Source of the DNA: a virus
Taxonomy: Duplodnaviria > Caudoviricetes
IMG/VR virus record: IMGVR_UViG_3300044946_000086
Coordinates: 1 to 62,037 of that record
Reading direction: 5' to 3' (one strand)
DNA length: 62,037 bases
The position numbers and the translations under genes are program-made. Under the pieces are notes generated by a model, which did no database searches, was not told the origin of the DNA, and saw nothing but the letters and a program-made list of their open reading frames with translations. The first letter of the stretch is position 1, and the number at the start of each line of letters is the position of its first letter. Below, in pieces: positions 54,014 to 62,037 of the stretch.

Positions 54014-55098
54014 AACGCAGCCAACGTAAGTTTCTTCGCGACCTGCTCGATCTTATTGACGATGCGCTCTGGCTTGATCGAAGCCAGAACCTCGCATTGT
54101 CCCGTCTTCTGGCATGGGCCGTTTTCAGGAAACTGTTTATGCAGGTGGACGTGATGGAAGCAGGGTGAGCACGCACCTTCGCCTTGGATGGCAAAGGTCG
54201 TCGGGCAGTAGGCCGTGCGCAGCTTCCATAGGAAAGGGCCATACAGACCGACAGCAGGCACGCCAAGAGCCCCGGCAACGTGCAGGAGCGCAGAATCAGG
54301 GGCCAGCACGCAATCGCACGTCTCGAGTACCGCGCAACTCTGCCGGAAGGTCGTGCCGATGGCCGCAAGGTTGATGACGTTCTCTTTCGGCGCACATTCG
54401 ATTGAGCCCCGATTGCCCATCAGCACAATTTCCCAGCCTTTTTCAAGGAGGCTGTCCATCACCGCCTGCATAAGCTTGGCCGGGTAGGTTCTGCATTGGG
54501 CTTCTGCCGCAACCTGGATGGCTATGCGCCGCGTACCGTTGACCCGAGGATAACCTTCTTCCGCCCATGTCTGCTCGCCGCCCGTTACCCGATATTCTGG
54601 CAGCAGGTTTTTGATGTCGGTAATACCCGTCACCTCCGCGAACCTGTCGGTCATGTGGATTTCTTCAGCTCGCTTGTTTCGCTCGATTGAGTTCTCGAGG
54701 AAAATCCATGCGTCGTAGGTTTCAGCATCGGCCTTGGTCGGCGGGAAATTTATCGTCTTATCGACGAACGGAAGATTCTGAAGTACCGGCGCATAGCGGC
54801 GGAAAGTCGTAACGTGAATCTCGCATGTCGGCCAGCGAAGTTTGATAGCCCGCAACACTGGCGTGAGGAGAATCAGGTCGCCGAATCCGCCTGCCCGAAA
54901 GAAAAGAATCTTTTTCCCGTTCCAGTCTGTGTTCTCGTCAAACCTGCGATACTGCTCCAATTCAAGCGGTCGCATTGTGCCACGGCCAACTTGAACCAGA
55001 AGTTGAGCGGCGGGCAGGTCATCGATCAAATACTCGCCTGCCTCCACGACATCCTGTTTGGAAATTACGAAGCGATCGGGCAGGGAAAGGTAATGCAT
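54010..55098 (-). CDS. GT9 (ADP-heptose:LPS heptosyltransferase-like) glycosyltransferase
   Basis: RAGGFGDLILLTPVLRAIK; DSALLHVAGALGVPAVGLYGP; CSPC...C...C. Confidence 0.88.
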   Translation of the reverse strand: MHYLSLPDRFVISKQDVVEAGEYLIDDLPAAQLLVQVGRGTMRPLELEQYRRFDENTDWNGKKILFFRAGGFGDLILLTPVLRAIKLRWPTCEIHVTTFRRYAPVLQNLPFVDKTINFPPTKADAETYDAWIFLENSIERNKRAEEIHMTDRFAEVTGITDIKNLLPEYRVTGGEQTWAEEGYPRVNGTRRIAIQVAAEAQCRTYPAKLMQAVMDSLLEKGWEIVLMGNRGSIECAPKENVINLAAIGTTFRQSCAVLETCDCVLAPDSALLHVAGALGVPAVGLYGPFLWKLRTAYCPTTFAIQGEGACSPCFHHVHLHKQFPENGPCQKTGQCEVLASIKPERIVNKIEQVAKKLTLAAL

Positions 55099-55120
55099 GG
55101 CTCCAGACTTTCAGAAACCG

Positions 55121-55140
55121 GATTCGCGTCAAGCGCGAAA
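55121..55140. promoter_or_regulatory. Palindromic operator/-35 element identical to 12331-12350
   Basis: GATTCGCGTCAAGCGCGAAA. Confidence 0.7.
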
Positions 55141-55180
55141 GTTATTTGACATATGGAAAGTCTTCTCGTGATATTTAGAT

Positions 55181-55408
55181 ATGCAACCTTCGGATATAGC
55201 CACTGTTTTACTTCAGTTGCCGGCAGAGCAAAGAGATTGGCTCAAGCAACACCCTGAAACTCGCCCATTATTTCTCGATTTTGTTAGGCTGGTTAAGTCC
55301 TCCGTTATATCTACGAATATGTTGCGAGACGCTCTAGCCCAGATAATGAACGAAGGTTATTTTCCCGGCGTTCCACCAGGAGCCGAAACCCCTGGCATCT
55401 GCGAGTGA
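55181..55408 (+). CDS. Small hypothetical protein
   Basis: TTGACA at 55146 gives a nearly leaderless ATG; its 3' end overlaps the end of the portal gene. Confidence 0.45.
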   Translation: MQPSDIATVLLQLPAEQRDWLKQHPETRPLFLDFVRLVKSSVISTNMLRDALAQIMNEGYFPGVPPGAETPGICE

Positions 55409-57630
55409 GTCTGACCTAATTGTGTCGGCATGGCCGTGGCCGCGACAGGCTTGGCTGAGGCTGGCTGAGGCTGTCCCGGTGCGCCCGGCGTTGCTGGTTG
55501 GCCGTCAGGGCCGACTGGCCCCATGCCCAGCGGCACAATCACCTCGTCCGCATTGCACTTCGGCACAAGGGCACGGAGCTGCGCACGGATAAACCCGGCG
55601 ATATGAACCTGAACTTGCGGAGGTTGTAGGTAGAAATCTTTCACCAATGCTGTCGCCTGAGCGTTGAGCTGAAGTTGCTGCTGGTTCTTGTGAGTCGTCA
55701 GTTCGATCTTCACCTTGAATCGGAGCCCGCGAACGTCATCAGGCGTCAGCGTGCCTATCTGGACGTTATCACCTTCCAAGTAGGTGTAGGCTTCCTGCGG
55801 GTTCATGTTGGCCAGCGTCACGTTCACCTCGCGGTTGGTGATGGCTGTCAGCGCAGGCTCAAGATCGGCGATAATCGGCTTGGAAAGTTCGTCGCCCGAT
55901 TTCTCAATTTGAACGATGCCGGTTGCCAGCTTCGCCTGCTCCATGCCTGCAACCATATTGTCGTTGGCATTGGCCACGCCGGACTCATTCATCGCCATCT
56001 GCATGAAGAATTGCAGCATGGTTTGAATCTTTTCAAACTTCACATCGTTCAGATAAACGACGCTCAACGCATCTTCCGCCTTCTTGCCGGGCTTCAGCGT
56101 GTACGTTCCGCCCCAGTTAAGACGTAGGCTAGGGTCAGCATCCCCTTCTTGGGTCGATGTTGGATCCCAAAAGTCGATGCGGCCTGACCGGCTTTGCGAG
56201 AAGTTCCAGCGATTGACCATCAAATCGCAAACGATCTGGTAGCTCTCGAATAGCTCGATCAACCCCTGTCCATACCACCGCCCTTCAACCGGGTTGATGC
56301 GGACAATCTCGATAGGGCGAAGGCCGTCGGTCGTGACGTTCGGAACATTGTCATAGAAGATCGGCGACTGATTTTTGCGGTCAGCAATCAGCATGATGTT
56401 TTCAGCGATGCCGTCTTCGTTCGCGTCAAACCACATGTAGAACTCGGCAAACTCTGCCACCGGGCCGTTCGTCGCACTTGGCGCGGGATAGTAGTTTTCG
56501 TTAGGCCGTAGTTCGACGGTCGCTGCCGACTTCGATTGCTCTGAGTTGTTTTGCAGGGCATTGACCATCGCCAGCATCTTCTGCATGGCTTCCATCCTGC
56601 CTTGCGGGTCGTTGTCGGCCATGCCCCGCTTCACAATGAGATCGACGAACTCCATCACCGATTTATCGTAGAGGTGAACCACGCAATCGGCTGTCTGCAC
56701 ATCTTGGGCGGTAATTGGGCACAGGAAGTCTTTGTAATAAATCGGTTCGCTGCGCGTGCCCTCAAACAACACTTGGCGGCGGTTTAAGATTTGTTTCTGC
56801 CAGATAGGAGCGTCAGGCATCGGCGTTTGACCGTCTCGGGCCAACACCTGCTGGCCTGTCCCGTCTTCTGCGTCCTTCCACTGGTCGTCTTGGGTAATCG
56901 TATTACCATCAGCACTACGAATCGGAAGACCCTCAACGTCGGTAAGCACGATGGCTTCGATGTCGAAAAGCTGGTCGCGGACAACGTAGCTGGTTTTGAC
57001 CGCGCACTCGCCCAAGATAAGTGCCCGGCTGATAGCCCTCTTTTTGTCGGCTTCAGAATGGCTCTCACCAAGTTTGAACCGGCAGAAGCGTTCAATCTCG
57101 CTAGCCAACTCGTCGTCGATTGGCGAACTCGGCTCTGGGGCCGGATCGACCGAGAACCAAGGATCACTGCCAAAAAAGCTTTCTTGTGCCTTGGCGATCA
57201 TCTGCCGGCAAATGCGGCGGGACAGTGGCACGGCCAAATTCGAGTCCCAAAAGATCGAACTAACACCCATCGTGTACGGGCGCCATGTCACGTCGTTGTA
57301 GAACGTGGCATCAAACCGCGAACGCTTACCAAGGAAGGTCTCGCCTACCGGCACCGCGCCCTGAGTCGCCAGCAGCTTGCCAGCAGCCGCCACAGCGGCA
57401 CGGGACGTCGCCCACCATGTCGGATTAAGCGTTTGATTTCGGCCCATGTCATTGCTGATTTCGTCCAGCCGCTTAAAGGCGTGGTCGAGCATCTTTTTCT
57501 CCTGCTCGGCGGTCAGCTTGAGCGCGGTCTGGAAAGGGACACGAGGTTGGTCGTGAGGAAGCGGAGGAGCATCGGCAACAGCCTTTTGCAAGTTATCGGC
57601 TACCGTGCGAATCTGTTGTGCGTCGGCCAT
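55357..57630 (-). CDS. Portal protein (podovirus type)
   Basis: 757 aa; ALILGECAVK, FAEFY..FD...DG..E, WYGQGL.EL...Q...D...N and LATGI motifs. Confidence 0.85.
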   Translation of the reverse strand: MADAQQIRTVADNLQKAVADAPPLPHDQPRVPFQTALKLTAEQEKKMLDHAFKRLDEISNDMGRNQTLNPTWWATSRAAVAAAGKLLATQGAVPVGETFLGKRSRFDATFYNDVTWRPYTMGVSSIFWDSNLAVPLSRRICRQMIAKAQESFFGSDPWFSVDPAPEPSSPIDDELASEIERFCRFKLGESHSEADKKRAISRALILGECAVKTSYVVRDQLFDIEAIVLTDVEGLPIRSADGNTITQDDQWKDAEDGTGQQVLARDGQTPMPDAPIWQKQILNRRQVLFEGTRSEPIYYKDFLCPITAQDVQTADCVVHLYDKSVMEFVDLIVKRGMADNDPQGRMEAMQKMLAMVNALQNNSEQSKSAATVELRPNENYYPAPSATNGPVAEFAEFYMWFDANEDGIAENIMLIADRKNQSPIFYDNVPNVTTDGLRPIEIVRINPVEGRWYGQGLIELFESYQIVCDLMVNRWNFSQSRSGRIDFWDPTSTQEGDADPSLRLNWGGTYTLKPGKKAEDALSVVYLNDVKFEKIQTMLQFFMQMAMNESGVANANDNMVAGMEQAKLATGIVQIEKSGDELSKPIIADLEPALTAITNREVNVTLANMNPQEAYTYLEGDNVQIGTLTPDDVRGLRFKVKIELTTHKNQQQLQLNAQATALVKDFYLQPPQVQVHIAGFIRAQLRALVPKCNADEVIVPLGMGPVGPDGQPATPGAPGQPQPASAKPVAATAMPTQLGQTHSQMPGVSAPGGTPGK

Positions 57631-57634
57631 AGGG

Positions 57635-60600
57635 TTATTTGATTTTTGGCATTATGCCACGAACCTTTTGTCGTTCATCTCGTTCGATTTCCTTTATCTG
57701 CTTGTCAGCTTCTTCGGAGGTCATTGAACGCAATTCAGGTAGCATTTCCTCAAGCCTAGACTTAATTCGCTGCCCGCTAAGTTTTTGGTAAAAATCATAC
57801 TCATGCTCGGTCATCACCCGGTTGCCTATCTTTGTATCACGACTCGGTGTGCTAACGAACACATTTTTTTCGTTTAGCGTGTCTCTCAACGCATCTGGCT
57901 TAACCCCGGACGAGAACCGTTGAGTCGGACTATAGGTCATGGGTGAGCCAAGCGCATCCGTCCGTTCACTGCCAAGACGACGGACAAACGGTATCTCTGA
58001 TCCCACCACTCCAAATGGGCCGTTGTCCTTATGCTGGGTAGGACTGAGGGCCATATCGATCTGCCGAACTCCATTGGGAATGACGGCGCTTGTTGCGGTG
58101 GAAGCCAAAAATTTTCCAAATCGGTTGGGCGTAACGCTTCCTTTGGCGAAATCCATTAACTGCGAAAGCCCCTGTAGCATTGACGTATCCATGACCGCAC
58201 GTCCAGCACCGCCAATGGCGTCGGCCACATGGCTACTCAGAAGCATCTCGTCTCGCTGCTTTTGGTACTTCAGTGAATCTGAAACATTTCCGACGACGGT
58301 AAGCGGAATCATTAGCGGCGAATACATGTAGTTGTACCACCGATCACCGATTTTAATAGAATGGGGTGCCCACCCTGTTTGTTGAAGTTGAACCCGCTTG
58401 TTGTAATCACGAGGCCCGGCACCGCTGATGTCGAAAGTTTTGTCTTTGGATTTATCCAAGGCCATCGCCGTCAGCGCACCCATTAGCATTGTCCCGCCTA
58501 CGCTCTTTATCAGAAGCCGCGTGCGATCATCACTGTTCATTTCCACCGGAGCCTTACCCTCCGCATCCAGCGTTCCTACCAATGCTCGCTTCGCTCCGAG
58601 CGGAGTATAATTCATCGACTCATTGAAAAGATTGGTTGGAATGCGAAGGAACGGCATGAACGGTTTTAAGACTGGAACGCCAGCAATTTTTATCTTGTTA
58701 TTCACCGCATCGTTTAGAACTCGGTAGATAGCTCCGGCCACGCCGGTTGGTTCCTGCCTATAAACCGCCTGTTCGCCAAATTTCGCCCCAAGTGATTGAG
58801 CTTGATTGCCAACATCGCTTTTATTTCGATGCTGCTCGATAAGTTGACCGACCCTTAATCCGAGATCAGTTCCTTTGAATCCTTCGACCTTTGCCTGTTT
58901 AGTGAACAACTCAAATTGCGATGGAGAGATTCCGAGCGTCGATTGAACCTTGGCATTGAGTTCTTTCCCGCTGTATTCCGATTCGAGTAACTTTGTTGCC
59001 ACCAATTTAGCGTAGGCTTCGCGTGCTGGCTGATAGAAAAATGCCTCAATAGCCTTGAAAGCACGCGGAACATACTTCAATGCGCCAGTATAAGGATTTT
59101 TGGCGTCTTCCAATGAACTGAGCTTATGCGGAGCCGTTCCAGCCTCGCCATAACCTCCGGTCAACGGATTGTATCCGATGCCGCCTTTTCCCTCTGAAAT
59201 AGTCGCCTTTGCGCGTTCCCATCCGGCACCGAGGCCATCCAGCCATCCAGAGATAAGCGTGTTTGCGTGCGCCGGATTTGCAGCAATAGCCGTCGTCATC
59301 TGCCCAAGTGAATTGAGAATATCACCACCCGTCTTCACGATTGTCGCCGTTCCAGCCAACATATTTGCATACCAGATACTTGTTCCTGTATCTATGGCCT
59401 TGGCCCACTTTCCTCCTTGCCTAGCTTTCCGCATTTCATCGGCCAAGTCCAATGTGGCTCTGGCCTTAGACGCAGGATTTTCCGCTGTCTCAACCTTGTC
59501 AGCTAGGTCAGCAATTTTCTTCAACTGCTCTGGTTTAACATTTGGCAAATGAAGTTCATTCGCCACTGCATCCTGAACATCGGCCCTAGTCAGAGCCCCG
59601 ATATTATTTAAGCTTGTGGCCTTTGAAACTGCGTCGAAAATCTTCTTCGCCTTGAGCGTATTGGCGAACCGCTTTTTCAGTGATTCTATCGCCTTGTCAC
59701 GTTCTTCCGAATAAATTGATTTTGTGCGTTCAGTTATTTCAGCAGCAAGGTTCGCGGCATCGGCACCACTGAGGCCGGCATCGCGCACAAGAGCATCGGC
59801 GAAGTCTCCAGCCTTCGCATCGCTCTTCGTGAAGTGTTCCTTGGCGATCTGCGCAACTGATGTTTGCATCAGTTTATGCGCGTCATTTATCGCATGATCC
59901 ACAAGTTTTTCGGAATACGGATGAAGCCCAAGGTTCGCCAGTTCGGTATCAATTGAATCCATTAACGGGCCGCCCTCTCCGTATTTATCTACGAATGCCT
60001 TGCGAACAGTAGTCAGAACATCGCCGTATTTGTCTTTGTTATCAATGGCCTCGCGCAGCAAATCACCTGGCGATGGAGGAGGTTTCCCTCCCGGTTTTTC
60101 AGGAAGGAGTGGCTTTATCCGGCTTTGGAGTTCGCTAACTACGCGCTGGGCGAACTCCTGAAGAGGAGCTTTTTCTTTTGGCGGCGTGACGCTGGAGTCC
60201 ACCAAGTCGATCATGCGCTGGGCGGCACTATCCCGATAACGCTGCCAGATGTCTTTCGTCACCTGCGTCTGCTGGGTCGCCTTGTTGAGCGCCTTGGTTG
60301 CCCTTTCTATCGCCTTGTTTTTGGCTCCGTCGATGGCTTTAGTTGCTTCGTCAACCGCCTTTTTACCATCACTACCCAAGCGCTTTGTCTGCTCGGTTTG
60401 AACGTCGTCAAGGTGCTGCTGGATTGATCCTGAACGCGCATTCTTATTGATCTGCGCATACATCGCAATTTGCTGGCCTTGTTCGGTTGCAGCCGGCGAT
60501 TTAGCTGTGCTGAGAGATTGTCTAGCCCGGACGGCTTTCGCTAATTCCTGCGGCGTCTTGGCCTCAACAACGCGCTTATCTGCGGCCTCACCCAGTTTAA

Positions 60601-61909
60601 CATAAATCGCGCTTTTAACTGGCAGGGGAACGCCATCGTCAGCCTTGCTCATAGAAATACTCATGGCCTTATCGGCACCGTGATGGTCTATGATGGCTTG
60701 AGCGGCCTCAAGATCAGGCTGTTGGCTTCGCCGTTGATAGGTCTGTCTCACAACCTCCGCATTTGCCTCACGCTCAGTATCAGGAAGGCTGCGGTAAAAT
60801 TTACCCGGCTGTCCTTTTACGGGTTCTGGTTTCACTGCTTTTTTCTCTTCAGGCTCTTCTTTGACGCTGGCATTTCCGTGCTCGGTTGTTTCAGCACCAG
60901 ACGACCCCGATTCGCGTAAATTCCTGAGCATAGCCCTTGCTGCCTGCTCATTCGTCAACGTGGCTAGACCTCGTTTAGCCAGCCAACCTTTGACTGCCTC
61001 TACGATCTTACCGAACACGCCGGGATTTTTCTCTGCGTTCTGTGCCACCCATTCGTTGACCAAGCGCAGCTTGTAATCTGCCGGGCTTTCACCGTCTCGC
61101 TGCGCATACTTACCTTTAAGCGCGTCCATCTGTTCCGCAGGAATTTCACGGGTGGCAAAAGCAGACAAAGCCACCTTTCCCTTTTTAGAGGCAAGCGTAT
61201 CGTGGGCGTGCTCATGGTTCAGAACTTCGTGGATGGACGCTGCATCGGTTGCGTGAGCCGCGTTTATCGTTATTTCTCCGTTGTGATGAAATCCTCTAAC
61301 ACCCTTTCCATCCTGCGTCCACTCAGGATCATTGATGACCTTGATGTTTTTCGGCGCATTAGGATTTTTCGCCTTCCAATCATCCACTGCTTTCTGAGCT
61401 TCGTCCGTTGACAGACTCCCTGTTTTTTCGCCTTTTTCAACCAATGAAGCTGAACCGATTTTGTCTGACACTTGGATGTTTCGAGAAGTATTTTGTCCTG
61501 CATCATTCGCTTTTCTGTTTTTAAACACGGCACTCATAAGCTCGGAATGATTAGCCGATTTCAATGGCTTCCCGTTGATGGTCTTAATACCTGATTTATT
61601 TAATTCGGCGCTAAGATCATCCGGCTTCATCGTGACTACGTTCGGCTTTTCTGAAACAGCTTCCGTACCGGCCTTTTCTTGACGTGCTCCGGCAGCGCCT
61701 TGATCGACGGCGTTTCCGCCGCCCACCGTTTCGCCATTGCCGGTTTGTTTGCGAACATCCACGCCTGTTGAGCCTTCGATTTTAGTGGCATTTGATTTGT
61801 CCTCCGTAGTTGGTTTTTCTGTGATTTCAGGTGCCTTGAATCCTTGCGCGGCTAGTTCCGCAGCGGTCATGGTGTGCCCGCGACCTTGCTCGCCCGGCAT
61901 CTTCACCTG
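57635..61909 (-). CDS. C-terminal part of the giant internal virion protein (total ~2,465 aa) with zincin-like metallopeptidase motif
   Basis: GVRGF..G.ITIN...EVLNHEHAH; C-terminal G.GP...GWAPHSIKIGDRWYNY motif typical of podoviral internal proteins. Confidence 0.85.
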   Translation of the reverse strand, partial: QVKMPGEQGRGHTMTAAELAAQGFKAPEITEKPTTEDKSNATKIEGSTGVDVRKQTGNGETVGGGNAVDQGAAGARQEKAGTEAVSEKPNVVTMKPDDLSAELNKSGIKTINGKPLKSANHSELMSAVFKNRKANDAGQNTSRNIQVSDKIGSASLVEKGEKTGSLSTDEAQKAVDDWKAKNPNAPKNIKVINDPEWTQDGKGVRGFHHNGEITINAAHATDAASIHEVLNHEHAHDTLASKKGKVALSAFATREIPAEQMDALKGKYAQRDGESPADYKLRLVNEWVAQNAEKNPGVFGKIVEAVKGWLAKRGLATLTNEQAARAMLRNLRESGSSGAETTEHGNASVKEEPEEKKAVKPEPVKGQPGKFYRSLPDTEREANAEVVRQTYQRRSQQPDLEAAQAIIDHHGADKAMSISMSKADDGVPLPVKSAIYVKLGEAADKRVVEAKTPQELAKAVRARQSLSTAKSPAATEQGQQIAMYAQINKNARSGSIQQHLDDVQTEQTKRLGSDGKKAVDEATKAIDGAKNKAIERATKALNKATQQTQVTKDIWQRYRDSAAQRMIDLVDSSVTPPKEKAPLQEFAQRVVSELQSRIKPLLPEKPGGKPPPSPGDLLREAIDNKDKYGDVLTTVRKAFVDKYGEGGPLMDSIDTELANLGLHPYSEKLVDHAINDAHKLMQTSVAQIAKEHFTKSDAKAGDFADALVRDAGLSGADAANLAAEITERTKSIYSEERDKAIESLKKRFANTLKAKKIFDAVSKATSLNNIGALTRADVQDAVANELHLPNVKPEQLKKIADLADKVETAENPASKARATLDLADEMRKARQGGKWAKAIDTGTSIWYANMLAGTATIVKTGGDILNSLGQMTTAIAANPAHANTLISGWLDGLGAGWERAKATISEGKGGIGYNPLTGGYGEAGTAPHKLSSLEDAKNPYTGALKYVPRAFKAIEAFFYQPAREAYAKLVATKLLESEYSGKELNAKVQSTLGISPSQFELFTKQAKVEGFKGTDLGLRVGQLIEQHRNKSDVGNQAQSLGAKFGEQAVYRQEPTGVAGAIYRVLNDAVNNKIKIAGVPVLKPFMPFLRIPTNLFNESMNYTPLGAKRALVGTLDAEGKAPVEMNSDDRTRLLIKSVGGTMLMGALTAMALDKSKDKTFDISGAGPRDYNKRVQLQQTGWAPHSIKIGDRWYNYMYSPLMIPLTVVGNVSDSLKYQKQRDEMLLSSHVADAIGGAGRAVMDTSMLQGLSQLMDFAKGSVTPNRFGKFLASTATSAVIPNGVRQIDMALSPTQHKDNGPFGVVGSEIPFVRRLGSERTDALGSPMTYSPTQRFSSGVKPDALRDTLNEKNVFVSTPSRDTKIGNRVMTEHEYDFYQKLSGQRIKSRLEEMLPELRSMTSEEADKQIKEIERDERQKVRGIMPKIK

Positions 61910-62035
61910 CCATTGATCGACCTCTGCTCCGTGGCCTTCGACAACGGCGTGCTGCTTGCCTAGATGCTCGGCTGTTGCGCCTTCGGGTAGTGGTTTAAGT
62001 TCTGTCGCCGCCAGCCCAGCGTCGGTGGGTTTGGA
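61910..62035. repeat. Terminal direct repeat, copy 2
   Basis: Identical to 1-126. Confidence 0.95.
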
Positions 62036-62037
62036 CG

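Noticed and set aside
61910-62035. Terminal repeat as a biological direct terminal repeat
   Set aside because: It falls inside a coding sequence and its length is close to a typical assembler k-mer, so a circular-assembly overlap is more likely.

Overview
The window is an apparently complete, circularly assembled tailed-phage genome. Bases 1-126 recur at 61910-62035, giving a unit length of about 61,909 bp. The architecture is podovirus-like: portal, scaffold, N4-gp56-like major capsid, two adaptor paralogs, tail fibres/spikes, and a giant ~2,465-aa virion protein that runs across the contig junction. The minus strand carries TerL behind an HTH-FkbM-MazG-glycosyltransferase-GNAT-HNH operon, plus the morphogenesis and lysis genes. 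The plus strand carries the early, recombination and replication genes: DnaB-N/RepA helicase, C5-methyltransferase-like, PAPS-reductase-like, RecT-like, PD-(D/E)xK nuclease, RusA-like and SF2 helicase. I could not recognise an integrase, DNA polymerase, CRISPR array, reverse transcriptase or endolysin. From recall of the DnaB N-terminus the host may be Verrucomicrobia (Opitutae); this is inference. Most notable observations: (i) a CCA-ended, tRNA-shaped 158-nt RNA with a 21-bp acceptor-like stem heading an array of structured RNAs; (ii) an identical 20-bp operator/promoter linking two distant glycosyltransferase loci, with a variant in front of the RNA array; (iii) four tail-fibre/spike-like proteins with Sec signal peptides; (iv) a lysis module with a class-3 lipase and no recognisable endolysin. 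All product calls come from motif recognition by eye, not from database searches.
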